Shown in pieces: positions 1 through 9,317 of a stretch of 64,000 nt of DNA (position 1 is its first letter; each line of letters begins with the position of its first letter). This DNA comes from Spirochaetia bacterium (lineage in GTDB: Bacteria; Spirochaetota; Spirochaetia; DSM-2461). The notes under the pieces were generated by a model that was not told where the DNA came from, made no database searches, and was given only the letters and a program-made list of their open reading frames with translations. A program made the position numbers and the translations under genes. The stretch lies in the NCBI GenBank assembly GCA_963666985.2, contig CAXXIA010000002.1, positions 2,112,001 to 2,176,000 of the forward strand. Direction: 5' to 3'.

Positions 1-1048
1 AAACGGCAACCCAGGTATCGGTTTCACTCTCGTCGTTCCAGATATTCATGGAATACTCGCTCTTGATTCCCGAGATGTCGGCGTTATCGTTAAACCCGAG
101 CCCCTCAAGTGTCACAGTGGTTTCCGCGGAGGGATTCTCCCAGCTGCCGGCGACGAAATGGATGCAATCGGTTCCTTCACGGTAATCTTCCTCATTTCCG
201 CTGAAGACGTTATCGTACCAGTAATGGGCCCAGATGGTGTGCTGGTTTCCAACCGGTGCGGTTCGGTCTTGATAGGCACGGAAAGAAGCCCAGCTCACCA
301 AACCCGTGCCGGTTTCCCGCACCACGATGGTAAGATCCTTCTCCCCGTCGTTTCCGTCGCAGTAAACCCCATCGCCCGGATGCCCGCTTATGTCGGTGGG
401 CACGTCTATTTCGAAGGTGTAAACGCCGTCGTTTTCCATGGAAATGCCGACTTCCCGCCACAGCAGACCTTCACTCCAGTTCTCCGGCGGAGTGTAACCG
501 GACGAAGAGCTCGGGGATTGGGCTTCGGTCAGATAAACTCCTGCAAGCTCCGTATCGCTGGCGATGCTGAAAGAGAGGCCTTCCAAATCCCGGAAATAAG
601 GATTCTCACCATCGTAGACCATCCGGTCGGAGTCTTCCCAGTCCACCGAAAGAATGGGCGTTTCGGCTACAACAACGGCGCCGATATCGGTGATTTCCGA
701 AGTACCGTCCAGCCGCGAGATTGTCAGCGTTACGTCGTAGGATCCGACTTCGAAGGTTTTGAGGGGATTTTGTTGAGCGGATGTGGTGCCGTCGCTGAAC
801 TCCCAGAACCATGAGGTCGGTTTTCCCGCCGAGGTATCGTGGAAACGAAACTGATGGCTCGGAGTCCCCACCGCCATGTCCATCCATTCCCCGTTATTAT
901 AGACCTGGACGGTGAAATCGGCGCTCAATTCGCCGTCCCGGGTACGCACCACGTCCACCTTCAGCTCATTGAGCAGCTGAGAGGGATTTTCGCAGGATAC
1001 CAGGAACAGCGCGGTAAATCCGAGAATCAAAGCCGGTAACGTTCTCAT
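1..1048 (-). CDS. Predicted lipoprotein with PKD-like domain (partial, runs off window start)
   Basis: Not in the ORF track. Manual translation from ATG 1048: MRTLPALILGFTALFLVSCENP (lipobox-like LVSC), then a PKD-like segment (FHDTSAGKPTSWFWEFSDGTTSAQQNPLKTF). ATGA overlap with the upstream gene's stop; I saw no stop before base 1. Confidence 0.8.
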   Translation of the reverse strand, partial: MRTLPALILGFTALFLVSCENPSQLLNELKVDVVRTRDGELSADFTVQVYNNGEWMDMAVGTPSHQFRFHDTSAGKPTSWFWEFSDGTTSAQQNPLKTFEVGSYDVTLTISRLDGTSEITDIGAVVVAETPILSVDWEDSDRMVYDGENPYFRDLEGLSFSIASDTELAGVYLTEAQSPSSSSGYTPPENWSEGLLWREVGISMENDGVYTFEIDVPTDISGHPGDGVYCDGNDGEKDLTIVVRETGTGLVSWASFRAYQDRTAPVGNQHTIWAHYWYDNVFSGNEEDYREGTDCIHFVAGSWENPSAETTVTLEGLGFNDNADISGIKSEYSMNIWNDESETDTWVAV

Positions 1049-3114
1049 TCCATCCATTCAAGTTCTCCCTTCTCCTCCATCGAGGAGACGTTCGACGAGC
1101 GGGCCCCGTTCTCTTCCCGATCGGCGGCGGCGAGCTGTACTTCCGATGCCGTCTTCGGTTCGGATTCGGTTTCAGCGCGGGCCAGGGCGTCGGCAATGCG
1201 CGGGTCGTCCCTATCCAGAGCCCGGGCCTTCCCGTACCACTCGGCGGCTTTGTCCATGCGCCGGTTAACGAAGGCGAGGTTGCCCATGTTCATCAAAGCC
1301 GGCACGTAGGTGTCGGAACTTAAGGCGAGCGCTCGGCCGAACTCGGCCTCGGCTTCCCGATAACGCCCGTACCGGGCGAAGACGACGCCCCGGGAATTGA
1401 GGTATTTTACGGAACCCCGTCCGCCCGAGGAATCAAGAAGAGCCAGTCGGGCATCGACTTCATTCCCGGCGATCCGATTCAAATCATCCTTCCAGTAACC
1501 GAGCAGCACCTTGTCTTCCGGCGTTCTCAAGACGGAGGCTTCCCGAGCGACGGCCACGGACCTGTATTTCCGCCAGGCTTCGGAGAGGGGAAAGAACCCC
1601 AGGGCATTCCGGCCGGCGGCGTCCGCGACCTGATCCGCGGCGGAATCCCAGGCCTCGGCGAAACCCTTATCCCGGAGGGTTGTTTCCACCGGTATCCAGA
1701 CCGTCCCGTTTCGAATCAGGAGACGGGATTCGTCGGAGAATCTGCGGCCCGCGGCGGATTCTCCGATGCCGGTGTCGTAGGCCGGCAGTATGTGCCCCGG
1801 AACGGTAATCAGCGCCGAGGGAATCCCGGCGGCTTCCAGCAAAGAACAGAACAGAACGGTCAAATCGTCGCAGTCGCCGCCCCCGTATTCAAGGGTTTGG
1901 AACGGGAACTGGACAAAATCCACCTTGCCGGATTCGGTTCCCCGGAAGGGATTTTCAGGGTCCACGCGATAGGTGAACCTTTCGGATCGGAGCGCGCAGA
2001 ACAGCGCCGCCGCCTGAGCGGTCCGTTCATCGATTCCGGGAGCGGATTCACCGGATACGGCCCGGACGGCGGCGGTTGTGAAAGTCTGAACGGCGGCGTC
2101 TTTCGGAGTAACGAAGGCGGCGGCTTTTCGATCGTCGTCCCAGATCATGGCGTTCCGGTCCAGCACCGTTACGGTCAGCGGGAGTTCATCGCGGTACCTG
2201 TACCTGCCCTTTGTGTAGATGACCGACAGAACACCCGAAACATCGGTGGTTTCGGCAATCTCCAGGATTGAAGAGTTCATAAGGCCGTTTATATCCACAC
2301 GCATGGATTCTCCGGGCTCCAATGCCTCCGGAGATCCGCACTCAAACTCCGAATCCATGAACTGTGCGATCCGGAAAGAGACATCGATGTCCTTCAGGGC
2401 CTCGGTGTCGATATTGGCGAATAACGCTTCACCGAAGGAGTCGGTATTGTACGTGCCGTAGAAGGCCGGATAGATCGGATTAAGACTGAATTTCAGGAGG
2501 TCCACCCCTTCGTCGGGCTTCGGGGTTTTCAGGTCCATCAGATCGATCCGGATTTCATTCCAATGGCGGATCTCCTCGTCCCGTTTTTCCTGACCCGTGA
2601 GGGCATAACCCACGGTTAGGCCGAAAAAAAGGCTGCTGCAGAGCCCGGGAACATGTTCCCAGGTAGCCTGCATTCCCAAATCCCAATCGGAATGAATCAT
2701 GAATCGCGCGTCGAATCCCAAACCCAGATTCATCCCCCCGGAATTCGTGCCGCTGCCGGATCCCGAGAAGCCGTGGGCGTATCCGACGGTTCCGAATCCC
2801 CTAAGCGTAATCCGGGGAGTCGGGACATAGTAGCCGCCGACATGGGCGTTCACTTTGGCGAAATGCACACCGTAATCCGTTCCGGTGGTTATAAAGGAGT
2901 ACTGGAACGAACCTCCGGCCAGAAGGGGAACCCGATAGGGGAACAGCACATCGGCGTACAGAGTGGTTCCGAACCCGGAGTTGTACCATTCATTGCTCGA
3001 TCCGACGGGAACGGCCACTCCGGGAATTACATGAATAACCGCTTCGGAATCGCCCGCGAATATTCGGGAGGATAAAATAAACACCAGACATATACCGATT
3101 GCCGTTCGCTTCAT
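1045..3114 (-). CDS. Signal peptide + outer-membrane beta-barrel-like + transglutaminase-like + TPR protein
   Basis: N-terminal signal peptide and alternating beta-strands; GDCDD...GHIL...PVETT transglutaminase-like Cys/His/acid motif; C-terminal TPR-like helices (GVVFARYGRYREAEAEFGRAL). Confidence 0.75.
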   Translation of the reverse strand: MKRTAIGICLVFILSSRIFAGDSEAVIHVIPGVAVPVGSSNEWYNSGFGTTLYADVLFPYRVPLLAGGSFQYSFITTGTDYGVHFAKVNAHVGGYYVPTPRITLRGFGTVGYAHGFSGSGSGTNSGGMNLGLGFDARFMIHSDWDLGMQATWEHVPGLCSSLFFGLTVGYALTGQEKRDEEIRHWNEIRIDLMDLKTPKPDEGVDLLKFSLNPIYPAFYGTYNTDSFGEALFANIDTEALKDIDVSFRIAQFMDSEFECGSPEALEPGESMRVDINGLMNSSILEIAETTDVSGVLSVIYTKGRYRYRDELPLTVTVLDRNAMIWDDDRKAAAFVTPKDAAVQTFTTAAVRAVSGESAPGIDERTAQAAALFCALRSERFTYRVDPENPFRGTESGKVDFVQFPFQTLEYGGGDCDDLTVLFCSLLEAAGIPSALITVPGHILPAYDTGIGESAAGRRFSDESRLLIRNGTVWIPVETTLRDKGFAEAWDSAADQVADAAGRNALGFFPLSEAWRKYRSVAVAREASVLRTPEDKVLLGYWKDDLNRIAGNEVDARLALLDSSGGRGSVKYLNSRGVVFARYGRYREAEAEFGRALALSSDTYVPALMNMGNLAFVNRRMDKAAEWYGKARALDRDDPRIADALARAETESEPKTASEVQLAAADREENGARSSNVSSMEEKGELEWME

Positions 3115-3177
3115 AGAAAGTGATTCTATTACTGAAGAAGCATCGCATCGTCCTGATTTCCGAATTCAGGACGTCCT

Positions 3178-4269
3178 TTAAGTGCTTTTTCGAAAATCGG
3201 AAGGAGTTTTCCCCGTTTCTTTTATAAAGGCGGAGTTGAAGGCGGATTTTGAATTAAAGCCCACGGTAAAAGCGATATCCAGAATCGACATCTCGGGATT
3301 CTCGGCTAAAAGACGCTTAACCTCATCCACCCGATGCCGATTGATGAACGTGCGAAAACTCATGCCCATTTGGTCATGCAGAATCTGCGATAATTGGTGA
3401 TTCTGTATTCCCAGTTGAGTGCTCAAGCTTTGCAGGGAAAGACTCGAATCCCGGAAAATTTTATCAACCTCAATGGCTTTCCGCAGTTTCGATAGAATGC
3501 TCGAAACATCCGCTCCGCCCGCTGCCGAAGGCACCTTTTCCCTTCCGATTAAAGAACGAATCTGCTTCTGTGTGTACTCCGGAAACCGGTAGCTGAAGAG
3601 GAAGAAGTATATGCAGTCGATTCCGTTCACCAGAACCGCCGCTCCCAGGAGATTATCGCTTCGGAGTGTATGACCGAAAAAAAAGAGGATGAACGTGGAA
3701 AGACAGACGGAATAAAAAATGACGGTACCGCGGAAGTTCCTGCGAAATCGGCTGTCGCCGCTTTTGTAGATTTTTATGGCAAGCAGATCGCTGAGGGTTA
3801 CGTACAGGAAAAAATGGAGATCGGCCAGGGTGTTTAAAACCCTGACGGCGGGAACCTGGAAGTGGTCGGGATTCGGTCCGGGAAGTTCGGACACGGGGAG
3901 TGCGGTGTAAGGGCGAAACAGGATGAGGTAGCACAAAACGACCAGTACGGGCAGAAGCGGAAGAACAATCTTCATGCCTTTTGGGAAGGGCCGTCCGATT
4001 AGGTTCCGGGTATACTCAAGGATGAACGGTCCGGCCAAAAACGTCGGCACGATGTCGCTGTAAAGAAGCCAGGGAACCCTGCTCAGCCGGTTGAGCCGGT
4101 ACAAACCGTAGTAGAACCAGATGTATCCGACACAAAGGAACACGATGCTGAGAGAGAGATTGATTACGGTACTTCTTCGGGCCGTGAACTGGAGAGTTGC
4201 GAAAACGAACATAATGCCGCCTATGGCCAGAAAGATGTAAGTTGCGACTTGCTCCATATTAATTTCCAT
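3178..4269 (-). CDS. AraC-family regulator with multi-pass membrane N-terminal sensor
   Basis: Several hydrophobic helices followed by the AraC HTH signature SILDIAFTVGFNSKSAFNSAFIKETGKTPSDFR. Confidence 0.92.
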   Translation of the reverse strand: MEINMEQVATYIFLAIGGIMFVFATLQFTARRSTVINLSLSIVFLCVGYIWFYYGLYRLNRLSRVPWLLYSDIVPTFLAGPFILEYTRNLIGRPFPKGMKIVLPLLPVLVVLCYLILFRPYTALPVSELPGPNPDHFQVPAVRVLNTLADLHFFLYVTLSDLLAIKIYKSGDSRFRRNFRGTVIFYSVCLSTFILFFFGHTLRSDNLLGAAVLVNGIDCIYFFLFSYRFPEYTQKQIRSLIGREKVPSAAGGADVSSILSKLRKAIEVDKIFRDSSLSLQSLSTQLGIQNHQLSQILHDQMGMSFRTFINRHRVDEVKRLLAENPEMSILDIAFTVGFNSKSAFNSAFIKETGKTPSDFRKST

Positions 4270-4396
4270 ACTAACAAATGCTTGAAATTGTTGAAATAAA
4301 AATGAATGTAAAGAAACAATCGTAAAAGAATGAGACCAAAGAATTTGCCGGCTTGTGCCATGTTTTCAATGGTGTAAAGCCGGTAAGTGAGCCGGA

Positions 4397-4735
4397 TTAA
4401 AAGGTTCTTCCCTTCCAGCCCCACATTGAACCCGGAGGGCCGGCGAATTCAATGTAGACGCGGTCTTTCGGAATCGAGAGTTCGGATTCGCAGAAGGCGC
4501 AGATTGCACCGGAGAGAGCTCCTGTCCGTGCATCCGTGAGGCCGAGGCTTTTACAGATAACGAAAGCCGTCGGAGCGTCGGTGCCGCCGAAGGTCATTTC
4601 CGTCCGGGCGTCGAAGGCGGTCTGAATATAGGATTCGGGCTTGCCGAGAGCTTCGGCGGCGAGGGCGGAGAGTTTTTTCAAGACGCCGCTTTTATCGGCC
4701 ACATCCTGATTGGTCTGGATTTTCAGATAGGGCAT
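4397..4735 (-). CDS. MIF/phenylpyruvate tautomerase family protein
   Basis: N-terminal Met-Pro (catalytic Pro1), GKPESYI, DRVYIEF...WGWKG; RBS GGAGG upstream. Confidence 0.88.
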   Translation of the reverse strand: MPYLKIQTNQDVADKSGVLKKLSALAAEALGKPESYIQTAFDARTEMTFGGTDAPTAFVICKSLGLTDARTGALSGAICAFCESELSIPKDRVYIEFAGPPGSMWGWKGRTF

Positions 4736-4957
4736 GGTTACCTCCCGGAATGCGGATGCCGCGGCGGTTTCGGCCGAGGTTCCGACATATTGACTTTACA
4801 GTAAACGGAGGGGCCGGTTCCGTAAAGCGAAGTCGGCTGCGGCTCGAAGGATATAATTCGCCATATTCGGGCATGATGAGGCGTTCGGATTTGGCCGGGC
4901 GAGTTCCTAAAAACGGAAGAATCGGGGTGACTTCGCGGGGGTCATCCCCGAATCCTA

Positions 4958-5004
4958 TTGACATATGCACATAAACACGCAATTATTAAGTGTGCATATG
5001 CACA
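4958..5004 (+). promoter_or_regulatory. Two CATATGCACA operator boxes, the first overlapping a TTGACA -35
   Basis: TTGACATATGCACA (4958-4971) and perfect palindrome TGTGCATATGCACA (4991-5004) just before the DUF134 RBS. Confidence 0.65.
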
Positions 5005-5016
5005 AAGAGGGGTTGG

Positions 5017-5361
5017 ATGCCGTATCGAAAGTGCCGTCAATGCCGACAGCTCGGCGGTAGAAGGGGTTTTAGGCCCATCGGTATTCCCGCGCATCTTTTG
5101 GAGCGGCAGGTTCTCGACCTGGACGAATTCGAGGCCTTGCGTTTGTGCGATTTGGAAGGCAAGCAGCAGGCCGAAGCCGGCGAGGTTATGGGCGTTTCGC
5201 GGGGAACCGTTCAGAGGCTGCTCGTGAAGGCCCGTTCCAAGGTTGTGGATGCTCTTCTTCATCAGAAAATTTTGATTCTGCTCGACGGTTATGAGCAGGA
5301 GATACAGGTAAACGAATCCATTCAGGAAGGAGAAAAGGATGTTGATTGCAATTCCAAGTAA
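5017..5361 (+). CDS. DUF134 family HTH DNA-binding protein
   Basis: LDEFEALRLCDLEGKQQAEAGEVMGVSRGTVQR motif; start moved to ATG 5017 after GAGGGG. Confidence 0.88.
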   Translation: MPYRKCRQCRQLGGRRGFRPIGIPAHLLERQVLDLDEFEALRLCDLEGKQQAEAGEVMGVSRGTVQRLLVKARSKVVDALLHQKILILLDGYEQEIQVNESIQEGEKDVDCNSK

Positions 5362-5689
5362 CGACGGTGTTAACGTAGAGGAACATTTCGGCCACTGCAG
5401 GCAGTTCCTGCTTATAAAGGTTGAGGACGGAAAAGAAGTTTCCAGGGAATCGGTTGATCCTCCGGAGCATGTTCCGGGAGCGTTCCCTGCGTTTCTGGCT
5501 GAAAAGGGCGCCGAGGTTATCATCACCGGCGGTATGGGCGGCCGGGCCGTGGGTTTGTTCCAGCAGAACGGCATCGATGTCATTCTGGGCGCCGCCGGTT
5601 CGGTTGACGCTAATCTGAGCGAGTTCCTGAAAGGTGATTTGGCTTCCACGGGCAGCATCTGCAATCAGCACGAAAGCGGCTGTCATTGA
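5339..5689 (+). CDS. NifB/NifX family (FeMo-cofactor-binding-like) protein
   Basis: HFGHC motif, GGMGGRA, C-terminal C..H...CH; RBS GGAG. Confidence 0.88.
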   Translation: MLIAIPSNDGVNVEEHFGHCRQFLLIKVEDGKEVSRESVDPPEHVPGAFPAFLAEKGAEVIITGGMGGRAVGLFQQNGIDVILGAAGSVDANLSEFLKGDLASTGSICNQHESGCH

Positions 5690-5709
5690 TGGGCAGCGGT
5701 GAAGCGGCG

Positions 5710-6078
5710 ATGAAACTGGCGTTCTGTACGAAAGTTATGGACGGATCGGAATTGGATGATCGCTTCGGAAGGGCCGCGGCGTTTCGAATTGTCGATTCGA
5801 AGGATGGAAGCGCCGCCCAGACGCTGGAGAATTCTCTGGCCGATGCGGCCGGTTCCGCCGGAATCGGCGCGGTACAGCTTCTTTGCGATAACGGGGTTGA
5901 AGGCATTATCGCTCCCCATCTGGGCCCGAAGGCGGCCGATGCCGCGCGGCGTCTCGGCTTAAAGGTGTGGCATCAGGGTTCCTCACGGACCGTTGAAGCG
6001 GCACTTGAAGAGTGGAAGGCGGGCCGCCTTGAAGAGGCGAAAGAGCCGGAGAAACCGAAAGGTTTGTACCGGGCGTAG
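5710..6078 (+). CDS. NifB/NifX family protein
   Basis: RFGRA, GSAGIGAVQ and GPKA motifs. Confidence 0.85.
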   Translation: MKLAFCTKVMDGSELDDRFGRAAAFRIVDSKDGSAAQTLENSLADAAGSAGIGAVQLLCDNGVEGIIAPHLGPKAADAARRLGLKVWHQGSSRTVEAALEEWKAGRLEEAKEPEKPKGLYRA

Positions 6079-6220
6079 GATTCCGGTAAGAAATCATCTT
6101 ACGGCGTGAAATCCGGGACGCCGACGGACCATACGGCGCTCTATTAACTCATCTTAATCGATGCGGTATGGTCCGTCGCAAAATGAGCGGCCCTCGGCGG
6201 GATAAGAACCTGGAGAATCT

Positions 6221-7198
6221 ATGCGAATTACTGTTGTCAGCGGGAAGGGCGGCGCGGGAAAAACCACCGTAGCGACGCGGCTTTTCCGCGCCGTTCCCGG
6301 TTCGGTGCTGCTGGACTGCGACGTTGAAGAACCCAATGCCGCTTTGTTTCTGAATCCGTACGGTCTTGAAGAAACAACCGTTACGGCGCAATACCCGGTT
6401 ATTGATGAAGAGATTTGCACCCATTGCGGAGCTTGCGCGTCGTTTTGCGCTTTCGGCGCTCTTTTAAACGCCAAAAGCATGACCATCGTGATGGCCGAAC
6501 GGTGCCACGACTGCGGGGGCTGTGCTTTGGTTTGCCCCGTATCGGCCGTAAGCTTCGCCCAAAGACCGTTGGGGAAGATTGTGAAGGGACGGACAAACAG
6601 CGGTGTGTTCGCTTACGGAGAGCTGAATGTCGGCGAGTTTTCCGGCGTGAAGCTTATTAAAGAGCTGAAATCATCGGTTGGAAGCGGAGCGCGGGGCGGC
6701 GTTACGGTCTGGATGGACGGACCGCCGGGAACCGGATGCGCCGCCGCCGAAACGGTCGAAGATTCGGATTACGTGGTCCTTGTAACCGAACCCACGCCTT
6801 TCGGAGCTTCGGATATGGCGATGGCGGCCGAAATGCTCTTCGATTTGGACATTCCGTTCGGCGTGGCCGTTAACAAAGATGACGGCGGGAAGAGCGAGGT
6901 GGATGCGTTTTGCCGGGAGAAGGGCATCCCGATTTTGGGTCGCATTCCTTTTGACCGGGGATTGGCCGAATCTTCGGCCCTCGGGCGTTTGGAATGGGGG
7001 TGCCCCGAGCGGGACAGGCCTTTTTTGGAACTGACCGAGGCCGTTCTTAATGAGGCGAAAAAAGCGGCGGGAAAGGCTGTGGGCGGCCGTGTTCTGAACG
7101 GTGCGGCAGGCCGGGCGGCGTCCGGAAAACCGAAGAACGGCGGCAAACCCCGGTTCGCGCCGAAGCATAATCGAAAAAATCCGGAGAGCATGCAATGA
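6221..7198 (+). CDS. MinD/ParA-like P-loop ATPase with 2x 4Fe-4S ferredoxin insert
   Basis: SGKGGAGKTT, DCDVEEPN, CxxCxxCxxxC twice, DGPPGTGC, TEPTPFG. Confidence 0.92.
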   Translation: MRITVVSGKGGAGKTTVATRLFRAVPGSVLLDCDVEEPNAALFLNPYGLEETTVTAQYPVIDEEICTHCGACASFCAFGALLNAKSMTIVMAERCHDCGGCALVCPVSAVSFAQRPLGKIVKGRTNSGVFAYGELNVGEFSGVKLIKELKSSVGSGARGGVTVWMDGPPGTGCAAAETVEDSDYVVLVTEPTPFGASDMAMAAEMLFDLDIPFGVAVNKDDGGKSEVDAFCREKGIPILGRIPFDRGLAESSALGRLEWGCPERDRPFLELTEAVLNEAKKAAGKAVGGRVLNGAAGRAASGKPKNGGKPRFAPKHNRKNPESMQ

Positions 7199-8172
7199 AG
7201 GAATTCGTTGTGATCTCCGGAAAGGGCGGAACCGGCAAAACCACCTTTACCGCTTCCCTGGCACCTTTCTTCGGCGATGCGGTTTTGGCGGATTGCGATG
7301 TGGACGCACCCAATCTGCGAATCCTTCTGAACCCGCGGGAGGAAGTCTCCGAAGACTTCGTGGGCATGAAGAAGGCTTTCATCGATACGAACCTCTGCGA
7401 CGGCTGCGGGATTTGCGTTGAACACTGCCGGTTCGGCGCGCTTTCTCTGACTTCCTCCGATTCGAAGGGCGGAGTTCCGGCGCAGGGGGCGGCGGCACTG
7501 CCGGGAACAGCGGTGCAAAGATTTAATGCGAAAGAACTGCAGTCGCGGAAAGGTGAAGAACAAGGATTGAAAGCGAAACTTCGTTCTTCCGCCTGCGAGG
7601 GCTGCGGCGTCTGTTCTTATGTCTGTCCCCGGAAAGCGATTGTTCGGTCCGACGCCGTGGTGGGATTTTTATCCCGCGGCATTACCCCTTACGGCCCCAT
7701 GGTCGGAGCACGGCTGATTCCGGGAGAGGAAACTTCCGGAAAACTCGTTACCGCGGTTCGCAAAACGGCCCGTGAGATTGCCGAAGAAAACGGGGCGCGG
7801 AATATCCTTGTCGACGGATCGCCGGGAATCGGATGCAGTGTTATTTCCTCACTGACCAATGCCGATTGCGCCATTATCGTCGTTGAACCGTCCGTTTCCG
7901 CTTTTCACGATTTGAAGCGGCTTCATGAACTGATTGAACGCTTCCGTATTCCCATGACCGTCGTGGTGAACCGCTGTGATATTTCGGAGTCTATGACCCG
8001 CGAAATTGAACATTTCTGCCGTGAACGGAAGGTGCCCGTCGGCATGAAACTCCCCTTTTCCCGAGATATCACCCGGGCCGTATCCGAGCGTCTCATCCCG
8101 TCTCTGGCTCTGCCGGATTTTTTCCGAGAACACGGATTCGAGGATTTTGTGGCGAATCTGATTGAAGAGTAA
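7195..8172 (+). CDS. MinD/ParA-like P-loop ATPase with 2x 4Fe-4S ferredoxin insert
   Basis: SGKGGTGKTT, DCDVDAPN, two CxxCxxCxxxC motifs, GEETSGKLV, DGSPGIGC; ATGA overlap with the preceding gene. Confidence 0.92.
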   Translation: MKEFVVISGKGGTGKTTFTASLAPFFGDAVLADCDVDAPNLRILLNPREEVSEDFVGMKKAFIDTNLCDGCGICVEHCRFGALSLTSSDSKGGVPAQGAAALPGTAVQRFNAKELQSRKGEEQGLKAKLRSSACEGCGVCSYVCPRKAIVRSDAVVGFLSRGITPYGPMVGARLIPGEETSGKLVTAVRKTAREIAEENGARNILVDGSPGIGCSVISSLTNADCAIIVVEPSVSAFHDLKRLHELIERFRIPMTVVVNRCDISESMTREIEHFCRERKVPVGMKLPFSRDITRAVSERLIPSLALPDFFREHGFEDFVANLIEE

Positions 8173-8330
8173 TCTCCAAGGGCGTTTCGGAAGAACGCGG
8201 GCGGCGCTTTTTCCACAACCGTGATTTTTCTCTCCCCACTTATTCGAATGCTGAATCGTAACGTTCGGCAGGATTTTGCAATTTGCATTGGAATGAATTG
8301 TACAAGCTTGTATAATAGAGGGAAGAAACA

Positions 8331-9125
8331 ATGAATGATGACAAAGGTTTAAAGCGGCGGTATTTCATTCGGAACGGCGTGATTTTGTATCTTTGCTGGC
8401 TCGCGATGCTGGTTACGGCCAATACGCTGATGCGGGAAGCGGAAACATCCGCGCTCGGCGGTGTTCTGTACTATCTCGGAGTTATTCTTATCGGAATTGT
8501 TCTGCCGGCGCATTCCTGCTTGAAATTGGGGATTTCGATTCCCATTCTGCCGGAATGGAAAAGTCCCGTGTTTTGGATGACGACGGCCGTATTCTTCGCG
8601 GGCATGGTTTTTCTCGGAATCCAGGCCATGGCCGATTTCGGATTGGGATGGGCCGATGTGCTTCGGGGGTCGTTATGGCATGTCCTTTCAACGGCCTTGA
8701 TTCTGCTGAATACGATGATCGCCTACACGATGCTTTGGTACGGGTATTTTTACCGGGGTATTCTGGAATTTTGGGGCGGGGGGGCGAGGAGCCGGATTGC
8801 GGCCATTTTTGTTTCCGCTTTTCTTTACGGGGCCTACCATACGACTTCTCTGATTGACGAATACGCGTCGGCAGGGCAAATGTTCGGCGAAATCGGGATT
8901 ACATTTCTTATCGGTATTTTTATCGGCGTCTATCTGATTTTCGGGAAAGCTTTGCTTCCGGTGGCGCTGGGCTTCTGGATAATCAATATTTTCGTGTTTT
9001 ACGGGGACGGGAATTTCCAGGCCGGTGTTCTGGAGTCGTTCCGGGGACCGCTGATTCTGGTTGTTTCCATCGGTTCTCTGCTTCTTGCCGTAAAGCCCTC
9101 GGAGAGGTGGAGGAAGACCGGTTAA
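8331..9125 (+). CDS. CPBP (Abi/CAAX type II)-like membrane protein, possibly inactive
   Basis: Multi-TM protein with SAFLYGAYH resembling the FxxxH motif; TATAAT upstream. Confidence 0.6.
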   Translation: MNDDKGLKRRYFIRNGVILYLCWLAMLVTANTLMREAETSALGGVLYYLGVILIGIVLPAHSCLKLGISIPILPEWKSPVFWMTTAVFFAGMVFLGIQAMADFGLGWADVLRGSLWHVLSTALILLNTMIAYTMLWYGYFYRGILEFWGGGARSRIAAIFVSAFLYGAYHTTSLIDEYASAGQMFGEIGITFLIGIFIGVYLIFGKALLPVALGFWIINIFVFYGDGNFQAGVLESFRGPLILVVSIGSLLLAVKPSERWRKTG

Positions 9126-9317
9126 GTCTGGCCTGATTCGCGATTTATTGCCGCCGCGGACGGCGGCGGCCGTTCCGAATTCTTATGACTCTTCGCCGGA
9201 ATGACTCCGAATTCACCGCTTATTCAAAACGAACCGGCCGGAGCAGCGGATTTGTTTCGGAATATATACTTGACAGTCTATCTATGATTCTCAATGCTGG
9301 AGCGAAGGAGAATCTGT

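Noticed and set aside
158..814. 218-aa + strand ORF
   Set aside because: Antisense shadow of the minus-strand PKD lipoprotein.
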